NCBI GenBank assembly: GCA_964658305.1
Contig: OZ210885.1
Coordinates: forward strand, 2,852,001 to 2,916,000
Direction: 5' to 3'
Length of the DNA stretch: 64,000 nucleotides
DNA from: Leptogorgia sarmentosa
Taxonomy: Eukaryota
In this document: positions 1-14,000 of the stretch, one piece after another
Numbering within the stretch: position 1 is the first letter of the stretch
How the letters are laid out: each line of letters begins with the position of its first letter
Notes under the pieces: generated by a model
Database searches by the model: none
Seen by the model: the letters and a program-made list of their open reading frames with translations, nothing else
Told to the model about the DNA's origin: nothing
Made by a program: the position numbers and the translations under genes

Positions 1-213
1 AATACAGATATCAAAGAATTACTGTGAAGGTTGTGGTAGTGGGACGTCTATGATACTATGATTTTATTTCACATCGAATTTATAGTCAAGATAGCAAATG
101 CCCTATACGCTCAGTGGGCCTGTACCTCTGAATACCTCACAGAAGTCCAGCTCCATTGTTTTTTGTATTACGATGAGACAGACAGCCCTTCTTTCGCATT
201 CGTGGCTCACATT

Positions 214-345
214 TAGGCCCCTATTACACTATACCGGATTGCATCGGAGCGGAGCGATTTTTATATCGGATTGGGCTGTTGATTACACTACGCCACTGTA
301 ATCCGGTACGTGCCGCGGAGCAAAAATCACTCCGCTCCGCTTTTG
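214..345. mobile_element. Left end of a PIF/Harbinger-like MITE
   Basis: TTA-GGCCCCTATTACACTATACCGGATTGC. Its reverse complement recurs at 10522-10550, and the internal segment recurs at ~10122-10215. Confidence 0.55.
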
Positions 346-514
346 ATTGTGTGGCAATCAAATCAAGGCATTTAAACTTTAGAAAATTAAAAGAGTAAAA
401 AGATATAAAAATATGAAATATGATTCAAAATGGTCAAAAAAGATTTTGAAAAATTAAATGTAAAAGTAGTACGTTGTCTTGTATTTGCAGGATGTTCATT
501 AAATTTTAGAATCA

Positions 515-3500
515 TTAGTTTTCTGAAGATAGTTCCAATAGTTTTTTCAGTAAGCTATCTTTCTTATTTAACAATACTTGAGGTGTGCCATAGTCGACAA
601 TTTTTCCTTGATCTAAAATCATTATTCTATCACTGTCTAAGATTGTACTCAAGCGATGTGCAATAGTTATGACAGTGCAATCTTTGAAAACTTCTCGAAC
701 AACATTTTGTATGTCTTCATCTGTCTTCCTATCCACCTTACCCGTCGCTTCATCAAAAATGATAATCTTGTTGCTCAGTAATAGAACTCTTGTTAAATGC
801 AACAGTTGTCGTTCGCCCAAACTAAAATTTGAATCACTTGAATTAATTTCATTATCAAGTTTTCCAGGCAGATTTGAAATAGCAGATTCCATTTTAGTCT
901 GAGCAAGAGCCTGCCATATTTCGCTGTCGCTGTGTTCTCCCAAGGGATCAAGATTGATTCTGATTGTACCGTTAATCAAGATCGGAGACTGGGAAATAGC
1001 AGAAATTACTTGACGAGAAGATACCACATTGATCTCTCTTATATTCAAACCATCCACAAATATATCTCCTTCAGTGAAGGCAAGCCTCATCAACGCCGCT
1101 ACCAATGATGACTTGCCAGCTCCGGTCCGACCAGCAATTCCAATTTTTTCCTTCGGTTTTACTTTGAATGAAATATTTTTCAGGGCTTTAGGACCATCTT
1201 TGTAGTAGCGCAACGACACACCTTGAAACTCAAGTTCACCATTGCTTGGCCATTCTTTAGGGGGGGAGCTGGAGAGTCTTTGCCCTGGTTCGGGTGGAAT
1301 TTGGGTAAAAGCCATAGCACGCTCAGCTGAGGTCATCTGAGTGTTAGTATCAGCGGCAAAACTAATAATCAGTTTGACCAACATGTTACTTTGTAGCGCA
1401 TAAAGGATGGAGACTGCACCAAGTGCTATAACAAGAAGGTATAGTACAATAATATCAGTCACAGCTAGTTTCAACAACCAATGTGTAGCAATAGAATCCT
1501 AAGCATACTGTTTAGTTTACCTTTCGTAGCTAGACTTTTTTCATCAGTTAATTGCTTAGTTTAATTAAAATTAATATTTTACAGTTGAGTAGAACGGAAT
1601 GCTGTTACTCAGTTTAGAATATAGCTACATAAAAGTATTATTCCACTGTGATTGGTTCAATTCAGTGCGCAATTAATCTCAGATCACAGTGCGATTTCTG
1701 TAATCACAGTCCAGAAATGATCCCAAACAAAGCATGGTTGAGTGACATTTTCAAACTGTTATGCTGAAAAATGTGAAATTAGAGCAAGAAAACTCTCCCG
1801 CTGAATTTTCGCTCTGAGATGTAATTTGAAACTATACAATTGCCTTCGAATCAGTTATGAATATTATAAAACATACTTGCTGTATGGGTATCATTTATAG
1901 AAAAAATGACAACCACTGTGATAATTCCTGCCAATATTGTTGTTAAACTCCAGCATATTGTACCAAAACATCTGTACGAGGTATAAAATGACAGAACTGC
2001 AGCACTGTGCTTGTCAATATGTCTGCAAAAAAATTAAGTTAAAAGACGCCGCCCGAAGCCAGAGCATGGGCGTCATTTGAGGTATGACTTTTTGGAGCTT
2101 GTGTGAATTCCATGAAAATTAGTTAAGGTATATTTTATAAAGTTAGTTATACGCATAAGCGTACGGGCTACATTTTTTCGGGGGGGAGGGGGAAGAAAGA
2201 TCTCTGCCCGAATTTGAGGGTAGTGAATTTTTGAACTTTTATAATCTCTGGATTGCCGGAAACAGCGACTTCAGAGTCCTAACTCCACTTTCTTGGTACG
2301 CTCGTTCAGGTGAACGACTGGTGAGGATTGTTGACATTGCCTTATTCCTAAGATTTTTGCCCGAATTATGCTCAAAATCAGTGCCCGAATTTTCCAGTTT
2401 TAAATTGAAAGAAAAAGAGTTTGATCAAAAGTCAAAAACAAAAAACAAAATATAGAATTCTTATCAAATTTGTTGCCCTCTCACATGCACAACTTCACTC
2501 GGAAATCTAAAATATCTGCATATCAATACATACAGAGGGCCATAAAGCTATAAAGTGTTGGTTAATGGCGAAAACGACATATACTATAGCTTCAAAAATA
2601 ACGCACTGCAGCAGTAAATATAGGCATGCAACAATTGGAGTCAAATCTACCTGAAGACTTGTTCTGTATATTCTTTCTGCCTGGAATGAATTCTGATAGT
2701 TTTCAGTCCTTCCATTGTGTTGGAGAAATGAGAATAGACAGGACCTGCTGCCATCAGCATCAGACGTTTTATATCGGCAGACGAAGTCATATAGATACTT
2801 CCAGTGACGTAAAATAACGGCATGGAGAATAAAAATGCGAGGATCAGCCAGGGGGATGTGATACTAGCCAACAATATGGTGGAAACGATTGGCGCAATGC
2901 AGTTAAATGTTACATATGCATAATACGGCAATAACTCATCTAGGACGTTAATATCTTGAGATAAACGATTCAGTATTCGGCCAATTGGATTTCTTGCATA
3001 AAATGATAAAGGTGCTTTCATGAGGCACGTGATCATTTTGTTATGAACCTAAAAAGTTAAAAATTTTGAAATGTGTTTACAACGGCTTAGCATGAAAAGA
3101 GGAAATTGCGATTTACGATAGTGCGCAACGGTCCCTAGCTGGAAATAATTCTCTTGCTGCAAGCCAACAGGCAACGATATCTCAATAGATTCATTTCCAA
3201 TAAGAGTCACGTAAAAGAATATCGAACCTGAGATAAACGATTTACCGAAGATTATAAAATAATCTACATCTATATCAATCCACTCGTCACGAAAATTTTA
3301 ACTTTTAGTTCAACGGCGTGTATTTGTTTGGTATTGCTCATGTGAGTTTGAAAGATTTAATTATTCCAATTTTGACAAATCTTGAACATTTTGCAAATAA
3401 AAAGTCTAAATGCACGAAAACGAAATTAATATTGCATTGGAATGCACTGTAGCAAAACACGACCCCTTTCACTTCATGACTTTTGCTTTTTTTGCTTTTT

Positions 3501-6500
3501 TGTAATCTTTGGTAATGTGAGAATGTTTTGATGGAGTATTTTGACAAATGCAGAAAACAATGGCATTGAGGCACAATTGTCCCCATCATGTTAAAAGCTA
3601 GCTATAAAGAACTACGTTTTTGTACATGCCTACGAAGTGACCGGATAAAAATTAATAATAAATATTTAGACAGAATATAGATCAGTGATTAAAAACACAT
3701 ACCTTATAAGATGAATTCATTAAAAGTAGGAAAATGCTCAGCGCACCCACGACTGTGAGTAGCACAACAAAAATAAGGTAAATGATGTACGAAAGAAACA
3801 TTTCATGAAATCTGGACTTTCCATCCCTGGCTAATTTTGGAATTTTTGAAGCAATGATGTCTACCATAACAGTCAAACCTAAAGATATAGAACACAAAAT
3901 TTCAGTTGCAGAAAGCAAACATATAACAATAAATCATTTCATTAATTCACTTTTAGTACTAACCTACACCAGAGAAATACAGCACAGGTACAAGAAGCAC
4001 GATAAGTGGGGAGGCTCCATGAAGTAAATATCTCAAGTAAACTTTCAAAGAAACCGTTCCCCTTCTTCGCTCTTCCTCTTCTTGTTCAAGGTTGACACCT
4101 TCGGCGGATTTTTTATTATCAGCCCACACTTCTTGTTGGTTGCCATTCTTTAAACTGGCTTCGTCTGCAACTGATTCACCAAGTGGAAGCGTAGTTTTGA
4201 AGGTTTCAAAATTTCCTTGAAACACAATTACTCCTCCTTCTCCCAACTGGACAATACGATCAGCCATTGGATAATATTTTGTCGCATGAGTTGTCAGGAA
4301 AACTATTCGATCAGATAACAGTCCTTGAATACAATCTCTACATTAATAAAGTATAACAATAAACAAATTAATTCGTACATATATAATTATATTAGAAGTA
4401 TTGTAACGTAAGATGTACCCTAAAATTAACAATAAACTTAATCATAAAATTAACAATAGAAATATGACAGATGCTTCTAAATATATATATCGTCCAAAAT
4501 GTGATAAAACTAAAATGAATAACTAACCTTAAGACATTTTCAGCGACATTAATTGGTACATATATAACTTAATTAGAAGTATTGTACCGTAAGGTTCAAC
4601 TTTTAACTGTTAAACAGTAGAAATATTACATTATGCTTTTCAATAAATATCGTCCACCGTGTGATGAAACTTAAATGAAAACCTAACCTGAAGACATTTT
4701 CAGCGACATTGATGTCCAAAGAACTCAGAGGATCATCCAATAAATATATATCAGCTTCAGAATAAACTGCGCGTGCTAAAGCTATACGTGTACGCTGACC
4801 TCCACTCACAGTCGCACTATTTTCTCCAATACGTGTTAAATCATGTTCTGGAAAATTATCAAAATCCTTTTCCAGTTGACATGCTTTGATTATCTTGTTG
4901 TATTTACTCTCGTTGTAAGGCGAACCAAACACGATGTTCTCGCGAATAGTTCCGGGAAAAGCCCAAGGTGAGTCCGAGAGATAAGCCAATTTACCAAAGT
5001 AGTTAACCGAACCACTAGTTACGACTGACTCTCCCAGGATTGTTTCTAGAAGCGATGATTTCCCACTGCCTACTGCACCGCATATGAGAACCAACTCAGC
5101 AGTAGATACTTCAAGGTTGATATTTTTTAATAATGCTGAACCGTCCGTTTTTTGTTCAGAGAATTGGGAGGAGCTACACGCCGAAGGTATTTGACAAGTT
5201 ACGTTATCCAGATCAACAAACGGTATATGACAACGTCTGGATTCTTCGGCTAAATCATCCAATGTTGAAAACGTAGTAACATTTTTTTCTTCATTCCTGC
5301 TTTTGCTGCTTTGAAGTGATTGCTCTTGTGCGTGTTCAGTTTCTTTAAGGAAATTTTCAATGCGCTGAAGAGCACCGCGGACATCAGTGAGCAGACGTAT
5401 GCTTGTCGGGATGGAAATAGTAACAGATTTATTAAGTATTCCAAAGAGGTATATCATGGAAAAGAAATTCAAATAAGCGATGTCGTCTCTTGCGGTGTAA
5501 ATTAATGTGCACACTGTGATAAAGGTAGCCAAACCTTGACCACAGCCTAGGAATGCAAAGCAGGTCAACGAAATAATCCAACGTTTGGATTTGAGTTTCA
5601 CTTCTTCCCTAGAGAAAAATGAAAAATTGAAAGGCCTGTAACACGGTGCAATTTTTCTTAAGTCAACTGACAGTTGGATTAAGGAATTGCTTACCATGGC
5701 CGTGTTGTTTAAAATAATATAAATCATTTTTTCGAAACCACACTGTCTCCATCAGTCATTTATTCAATATAAATACACATTATACTAGTGGAGGCAGTGA
5801 AATTTGAAAGAAAGAATTGAAAGAATACCTATTTGTAATCTAAAGCGTACCCTTGCCCCCCCCCCCTCCCACTTCTCCTCCCAGCGCCCTATCGCCCCTG
5901 TTCCGACGTTCCTGGATCCCTGCACGCCGGACACGAGATTGAAATCTCAAGACGATATAAGAGAACGATTATACAAAAATAAATTCGCATTCGCATACCC
6001 TAACTGGGTGGGGGCGGTTACTTTTAAAATAACAAAGTAACAGGTCATGGGAAAAGATAATTGTAAGATGAAATCAATTCGTTAACAAGTTTGGTCTAGT
6101 ATTTAGATTGTTCAAACAAGTTTAAATTTTTTTCCCAATTGAGTATTTGTGTATTTTTTCGATATGCCTATTTGGGCTGGAGGAAGTAATTTGGCATCCA
6201 GACTGATTAGCAGCAATTAACCCTATCCAACCACTTGTTATCAAATATTTACCATCGTGTTTTCTTTATTTTTTCTTCAAAAATCTTTTCCCAACAGTTG
6301 ATTTTAACGGAATGTATTGCAGTCAAAGATTCTCTAATATAACCAAGACGTTTCTCTGACAGCTCAGAAGCCTTCTTGCGCAATCTATAGTCAACTTTAT
6401 TACAAAGCATCCGCAATACAACCAGAGTTACTAAAAAGATGGCGCCAGGTACGATTTGCCAGCCAATGAAGTAGAGTAGCCAAGCTATGATGTTTGCGCT

Positions 6501-7747
6501 GCTTGATAGATGACGGAAGGTAACAGGAATAAACCATTCTCCACTAGTAACAAGTCGTTGGCAATCATTACAAACCAATTCCATCACATGACCGCCTTTT
6601 ATTGCTATTTTGCTGAGTTTGAGAACCTAGATAATCAGCATATCAATAAAAATGCACAAACACGTAAGAGATTTTAAGAGTTTTTTATACGTAAAGTCAC
6701 GCTTTATGCAAATACCTGCGAAACGGCAAAGCGTTTACGGTACGGACTGATTTCAGCTGTTGCTGAGTTGGTCAAGGAGATAATCTATATATTATATTCG
6801 ATAAGCGGTTGACATTCATGAATAAATTTAACCGCCCCCCCCTCCCCCCTCAGGACCCCTACCCATTAGCGTCTTTTTTGTCTGGAAAGGGTTTAAGGTG
6901 TCCCCTTCTATCCCTCTGAGTGTTTTTCTCATAATTCCTAATGATAAAAGTTGCATTCCCTGCGCTATAAAATAACTGGATGAAATATGTATACACAACC
7001 AAAACAAGTGCTCCCTCGATCCGTAGTTTTACTGCACAACGCTACGTGAACGACTTGAAATAACTTATTCATTATTCAACTCACCTTTTTATACAACAAA
7101 CCCATCACGCCTGACTTGGCTTTGTTTCCTAGCTTTGCGCCATGAAGATTAAAACGACCAAATCCAAATGCCTCCATCAAAAACCCCAACATGATACCAT
7201 AGACATACAACATGGCGTCTTCATAAAATTGGACGTTATTTCTATTCTCCCCAAAGCTAAAATCACTCACTAATTCCAGCAAGCTAATAAGTGAATACCA
7301 AGAAATATTTTGTCCAAAGGTCATAACGATGTAAAACACCAAATACATCATGTAGTCCTGGATATTGAAATACCGTAGCATTGTTTTCCATAACTTCGAA
7401 GCTCGTTTCTCTATTATAATTAAAATTTATCAAAATGGAATTTTATTGCAATGAATATAATTTTCCATAGCTTATTTTTTGCTCATAATTCTAACTAACA
7501 GGCATAACTCTAAAACAAAAAAAACAATACCTCTCTTTGCAGCATCCTTTTCCTGTTCCCATTTCTCTCCCAAATGTTCAGTGAGTTTACAGCTCTGATC
7601 TTCGTCTCTCACTGGATGCAGGTCGTCTTGTTGTAATGGATGTCGCCATCCTTTCCACAGCAGTGGAGTAATCCACCACAAGAATAATCTCGACACAAAA
7701 TTTGCTTCGTCTTGCGGATGGCGCGCTGGAGTTTTTCCTGATTCCAT
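515..7747 (-). CDS. ABCC4-like: Short-type ABCC (MRP4/ABCC4-like) ABC transporter, 9 exons, ~1280 aa
   Basis: Exons 7747-7531, 7410-7085, 6626-6253, 5608-4688, 4337-3964, 3878-3703, 3048-2651, 2022-1877, 1425-515; all GT-AG, phases match, total 3843 nt. Lasso motif ANFVSRLFLWWITPLLWKG. NBD1: GAVGSGKS / VSGGQ / YLLDD. NBD2: GRTGAGKS / FSLGERQ / IIFDE / IAHRL. No TMD0. Confidence 0.93.
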
Positions 7748-7842
7748 GTTAATTTCCTGTTGGGAAAGCCTTTTCTCATATAAGTAGCTTTCGTCAGGGT
7801 GTATACATAATTATACGCTCTTGAAATAGATTTAACAGGAAA

Positions 7843-8175
7843 TAAGGGCCGCGGAACAGGGGGGCACTGGGGCACGGTGCCCCCCCCCCCACTTTTTGAA
7901 AACGAGAAAATGTGCCCTTTTTTCGATTAGATTTGTGCCCTTTTTGTGTTATATAGGGCCTTTTGTGTCATATAGTGTGCGCTTGATATAATAATGTAAT
8001 TAATCATTAATGTCAGTATTTTACGGCATTGGGGGCAAGTGCCCATACATAAACCCCCAATTTTGTACAAAGGGTAAAATGTGCCCTTTTTTTGAAAGGA
8101 AAGTGCCCTTTTTCATCCGTGCCCTTTTTTTGATTGTGCCTCCCCCCCACTTTTGAGGTGCTTCTGCGTCCCCTG
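7843..8175. mobile_element. hAT-type MITE with 8-bp TSD
   Basis: Imperfect TIRs TAAGGGCCGCGGAA ... TTCTGCGTCCCCTG. Identical ACAGGAAA on both flanks (7835-7842, 8176-8183). Internal GTGCCCTTTT repeats. Older copy at 24843-25145. Confidence 0.85.
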
Positions 8176-8214
8176 ACAGGAAACCTAAACCTTTGCAAAT
8201 GTTTAAATAAATTA

Positions 8215-8750
8215 TTATATATAGGATATTACACGGTTGCGAGAAGATATGGATTTTATGTTCGAGTGGCAAGAACAATATCTCACGAGTGAGCGCAGCG
8301 AACGAGTGAGATATTGTTCTTGCCACGAGAACATAAAATCCATATCTTCGAGCGAACCGTGTAATGTTCTGTTTATTATATGGACTTATTCAGAGTGACA
8401 CAAATACACAACAACTACCCTTTTAATGAAAACATGCAGTCTAAAACACGACAATTAATGGCTTTAAAATTAGCCTTTTGTAAATATAGATTATAAAATA
8501 CCGCTTTATTGTAGTTTATTGTAGTATTGTAGCTTTATTGTTCGTCGCAAAACGTACTAATATCGTTTCCGCTCCAATTCACAAACCTTGAAGTAGAAGC
8601 CATTTGTAAACAGCGAAAAAGGCGGGAAGGTTATGTCACCCCTAAGCGTGACATACGGAAAATACGCGCACCGTATCCCGGATGTAGTGGCGTATGAGTT
8701 CTACGAGTGTTTTAGTTCCCAATAAAATACCGCTGTCCATATAATAACAT
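8215..8750. repeat. Dispersed repeat with long internal palindrome
   Basis: ~65-bp arms (8225-8290 / 8300-8368) around GAGTGAGCGCAGCGAACGAG. Similar palindromic architecture at 37840-37930, 41160-41270 and 59355-59500. Confidence 0.65.
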
Positions 8751-9103
8751 AAGATATTACGTGATCCGTATCAAAGAAGTCTTTATGCTAAAAGTGATCG
8801 TAAATTAGATACGCTATGCGACCAGGGCTTGAGTCCGCTATTTTGTTTTATCAAAAATGTCATTTGAACCGAATTTTTCTAAATCAGTTATTTTCGCTAA
8901 TTTTCATCACCCAATATTGTATGGACAGCTTTAGCTACAACCGCGTGGCGATTGTACACCCAATCGCGTGGCGATTAGCTGAGCCAACAAGAGCCCAAGT
9001 ACTCTCGTGTGCAGCGGGCTGTACGGTTCACAGCGTGTGCTCATTCTTCAAGTCAATTTTCAATGTTATCTACCATGTCCATGCAGATAACATAACATAA
9101 TGT

Positions 9104-9349
9104 TCTGGGGTGGGTTGTTGCCCGTTCAGCCCAAACGGCGGATAAGTCAATTTCACATTACGCTCCCATTTGTCTTGTGAATGACTGAACAAAAATTTTA
9201 AACACTAAATAATTATGTAGTTGCATACATAAGTGTTCCTTTCAGACTAAAGATTTTTATTATGATTGTTCAATGAATGTATAGACTTGTTTGATATTCC
9301 GGACTTATCCATCGTTTAAGCTAAACGGGCTACGAACAACTGGCACCTG
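9104..9349. mobile_element. MITE with CWGG-type TIRs
   Basis: CTGGGGTGGGTTGTTGCCCGTTCAGCCCAAACGGCGGATAAGTC is inverted relative to GACTTATCCATCGTTTAAGCTAAACGGGCTACGAACAACTGGCACCTG. Confidence 0.6.
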
Positions 9350-10117
9350 TCTAAATTTCACATTTTGGACCTTTACATGTTTATAAAATATCGCGCTACT
9401 TACTTGTCAGCTGTCAATCTTCGAGTTTGCATGTGAAAATACTTGGCTCTATGATGACAACCAAATATGAAGCATCAATTTCGGCCTCGTGGATGTTGAA
9501 ATTGAACCGGTCTTATTTCCAGTTCTCCTGGTATTATAACCTTACCGGGCTTAGCTTAACAAATGTAACTGATGATACTGCGTGAGTGAATCCAATCAGT
9601 GGCAAAGCCAACCTGATACATTGGTCCTGCTATGAAAATATAAAAATTATCTCTGTTCACAGACCGTGAAAACAATGCATTTCTATGGAAATTGGGAATT
9701 TGTATAGGAAATTACACGGTTGGAGAAGTATTAATGATGAAAAAAGTTGAAATTTTGTAACTATGTTTGGTTCTGAGAAATATAGCTCTGACAAAAATAT
9801 GGAATCGAAATAAAGTATACTATGAGAGATATTCAGTTGTTTCAACCGAAAAATGGATTTCTATCTGACAGCTAGTCCCAGTCCTTTTCCGTGTATTGAG
9901 ATCACCTGGAGTATAAGGCCTTGTTAGGCCGATTTACCCAAAACATGAGAAATTGACCTTAGAGAATCTATATGTACCCATATGTATACATATGTACCTT
10001 ATGTACCGTTACATGTACACTGCACGCTTTAAAATAGTTGGCTTTTTTATTAAACACAAGCACTATAAAAGTCGGTCCCAGAACGTAGGACACCACCCAA
10101 ATTCTGTTGAATGTGCG

Positions 10118-10550
10118 CCCCTGCTTCGGAGCGTAGCGATTTTCATACCGGATTGGGGGTGCTGTTCCTCACCGCCATTGCAATCCGATACGCTCCGCGG
10201 AGCGAAAATCTCTGAAAATCATTTATGGAGGTGATATGAAAAGCAATCCGGTACGTTTCGTAGCAGTGTAAACACTACAATCCCGTATTCTCGCAATGTC
10301 TAAAAAAGTGTTTAACGACACTGTCAGCTACTCTGTTTGAAATACTGGTATTGCCTTTATTATTCATTTAAGTTACTATATAAGGTTTTTGCATTAAAAA
10401 GGCACCATACGGGATCTATACTACATTATGACCTCAGTAGAAACGGCCAAGAGTGAGGAGCAGTACGGGGCGTTCAGGCAGTAGTGTGAACAGGATTGCG
10501 TTTTGCATTCCGATATGAAAAGCAATCCGGTATAGTGTAATCGGGGTCTA
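10118..10550. mobile_element. PIF/Harbinger-like MITE fragments, same family as 214-345
   Basis: Shared internal CGGAGCG..GCGATTTT..CGGATTGGG..GCAATCCG segment. Right TIR GCAATCCGGTATAGTGTAATCGGGGTC-TAA. Confidence 0.55.
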
Positions 10551-10809
10551 ACTGGGTCTAAGAATATGACATCCCACAAATCGAATAAAAACTGCCGAAT
10601 GAAGCATTTTTCCCACCGTTGGGAATTGGGCGCTATTGTATCGTGCCGAATAAACAGAAGCAGAACAGTCTACTCAGTCTATTCTACGCGAAATATATAA
10701 TTATAACTAAATGTAAAAAGATGGCGGATCATTATAAAAAAATATCAATATAAAAATGATATTTTTTGGCGAACTTTGCTAACCGGATGATGAACACAAA
10801 CAATAGCTA

Positions 10810-11090
10810 CTTGAGCACCATCCAGTAGGAACAGTCACTGGTGAAATAACATTTTACTCAAACATAGACTGTAGTTCTGCCTTGGCTTTAGACAGAATTG
10901 GATAAAGAACTTTTCAAGGATTATATAGACAAACTGGAGTAGCATTTTCATGCAACGTTATGTGATAAATTTTGACTTTCCTAACCATACCCTTCGAATA
11001 AATTAAATCCGGAGATGACTTAATGACTTCTTCTACATCATAGGATTTGACTTCACTCAACTGTACACAAACTTTCTTAATAAGGAGCAA
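10810..11090 (-). pseudogene. Degenerate Gypsy/Ty3 pol fragment (protease-RT linker and start of RT)
   Basis: Minus-strand peptides YHITLHENATPVCLYNP and VISPVTVPTGWCSS match the Gypsy pre-RT motifs (Y.I.L..NA.PV..P; VISPVTEPTEWCS). Interrupted by stops. Confidence 0.7.
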
Positions 11091-14000
11091 GGTTGATTCT
11101 GAATAACATAGATTAGTTCCTGGGGCCGGTTGTATCGCAAAGGCGTTCAGCTTAAACGGTGGATAAGTAAAAAATTCACCTGTATTATATATAATCCTCC
11201 TCATATGTAATGTACAATGCACTAATATGATACAAAACCAATACTCGTGGGTCGCACTCTTAGTGTTATGAAGGAGGTAGTAATTATACTGTACGAGTTA
11301 TACTAACAAAGTCTCCACAGTCTATGATTCACTTTTCCAAGTGGGTTGGGAATTTTTCTTAGGAAAAAATAAATTCCTACTTTCATAGTTCTTACAAATT
11401 ATGTATTGGTCTCTTCGACGGTGCTATATTAAAAAGTTAATTGGCCGTGATAGCCAGCCTATAGGACAAAATATCTGCTTCGACATTTTGCTTTTGATAA
11501 TATTGAAATTTAACATTGTCAGAAAAGACAGAACGACGACCAATAATTTCGTCTTTGCAGCAGCAAGTCTATGTGGTCTATACGACTGCCCATACATATA
11601 TAGGAGAGTCAAGTGTCTGGTAGCAGAAAGAGAAATGTTAAAAATAACAAATTGTAAGTATATGTCCATCTTTCCACGATGTTTACATTCGTGTTGAAGG
11701 AAAACCGAAGACAGCTTTCGACGTTCTTCTGAGAGTTTTCTGTTATATTGATGCAATTTTGATAAATGATAATTATGTATTTTTTTAAGCCATAATTGAT
11801 TCCTACAAATGTACCAGATTCCTCAAATTATATTTTTGGTTAAATTTTCTTCGATTAAACATGACCAATTACGATATAACTACCGATTTGAGACGTGACA
11901 TTCAGATGTTCAAACCCGACATTTGATGTCGATTTGGCGACCGCCATGCGCAATGCCTTGGTTCCAAATATTTCAAAAAATAGAACACTTGTCAAAAAAT
12001 CCAGCATTCCTCTAAATTTAAGCTGGTATAAACTTGTATAGTTTTAAAGCGGCAACACTTGACGCAACTGGCATATTAAATCCTCCCACACACAGTATAC
12101 GTATAAGAAATACAATGCATTCTTTGCCAGGCACTTGTGGTTTCGTCTGATAACACAGCATGGTTTCATATTAACCATGGCAACATAATGAATGTCAAGC
12201 ATTTAATTACCTCCAGTAAAAACGCCCTTTCTTTGACTGGAGCAAGAGTAGGTCTTTAAATAAATAAAATTTATTGCTTCCTACGTTGAAAGATCTTACA
12301 ATGGTTAAATATTTTTACGGAGGCAATAGGCGACTCCCCTTATTAGTGGCATCACTGATTTTTTAATGTCGTTTTTGCGCTAACAGGTGCAAGAGCTCTT
12401 AGAAAAACTACGGTCAGGTGTATGATGGCCAACAATAACATTTTTGCCAAGTTTTTCACTTTTTTGAATTCAACCCTGCTGTCTTGAAAATCAGTGATAC
12501 CGCTTAAACCACAATGCAACGCGCTCAAGATTATTAATAAGTAAGGGGAATCGTCTATTGAAAAGTGCACGCACATGTCATCCGAAATAAAAAAAAAAAT
12601 TCCAAACTTCAACATTATTTTTAAGATTACATTATGTATATATAAATATACATGTGTTTATCGTTTAGTAACTGGTTGGAGCGCAGCACGGCAAATCGAG
12701 CAAACGAAAATTATTCGCGAAATATTAATTCGAAGTTTTGAGCAAAGGCCCGAATTCTCGACGAAGGGTCTTGCTCGAAACTTCGAATCTGTTTGTATCG
12801 TTGAGGTAGTGAACACCCTTCACAACGGTGACTATTACAATTACAATTGACTCCATTAAAGAAAATTCCTTTTTGACTTGGCACAAATATGATCAGCGAC
12901 ATTCCTAAGCTCAGTAAATGCCGGCGTATCACGATGTAGTTTTGAATGCATTAATCATTATGCTTGCAGCGCCTCTGTTTTCTGTTACACTGTATTTTCA
13001 GCTCTTACAAAATATATCATAATCTAAAATTCTTGTGGCTTAATCCTATACAGTCCATTTTATCGTGAACTCTGAACAGCTAGTATCCTATATACTAACT
13101 CAATGTGGAACATCATGATTAAGGTATTTACTTCGGTTATACAGATTGAATATTCCAAATGATCGAAGTCACCAGAGTGTAAAATGAATGCATGCAGTCA
13201 ACGCAAAACTATGCAACAGAAATAACTTTCTTTCAAATTATCTTAACCCCCGTTGATAAATATTTTCCAGCGAGTTCTCAACTCTACATTCCTTGCCAGC
13301 GAGTCACAAGTTGATCAGATCAGAGGGCAGAGAAATAGATCAGTCGCTCAGATCATCGGGTAAGTCTTTACTTTATTATTACTTTCACTTGCTTGCTTGA
13401 AACTGTTCCGCCAAACACTTTTTAATATGCATAGGCGGGATTTCGTGCGGATTCGTAAATAAATGCCTAATTAGTTTTCAATTCATGTGTTTGAGCTTGC
13501 GTTTCATCTGTGACATTTCCTACCATTTTGTCACTATCATCGCTATTTCGAAATGTTCCTATACTCAATTGGTTGGACAGAGTGTCCAATATAGAAGTGC
13601 CGCCACTTTAATCGTGTCAAAAATGAAAGCTGTGTTTCAATGAGCACAAAGAGTTGCGAATCATAAGCATCATAGTCTAATGTATATACAATACCGTTTG
13701 TTTTGTATGTCGAAGAAAATCAAATGCTACATTTCACTATACAGATATAAAGATATAGCTGCTTAGTCACAGAAAGTGTTATACTCATACCAACAGAGCC
13801 TTAATGTTTTACTACCAATTGTGTACAGTTTTTAATGATAAGCAAGCAACATTGCGTGAATAATTCATGTTCATCTATATTGACATACTCGGAAGAAAAA
13901 GTCCTTGTTATTTTGTATGTTATAAGTACTTTTCAAATCGCTGCTATTCGTCAATATTGACAAAATGCCAGAGTTTAGGATCAATTATTGCGTGCTCTTT

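Noticed and set aside
11559..11654. Isolated plus-strand exon-like segment (LCGLYDCPYIY..|GTAAGT)
   Set aside because: Good splice signals, but no partner exons or recognisable domain were found.
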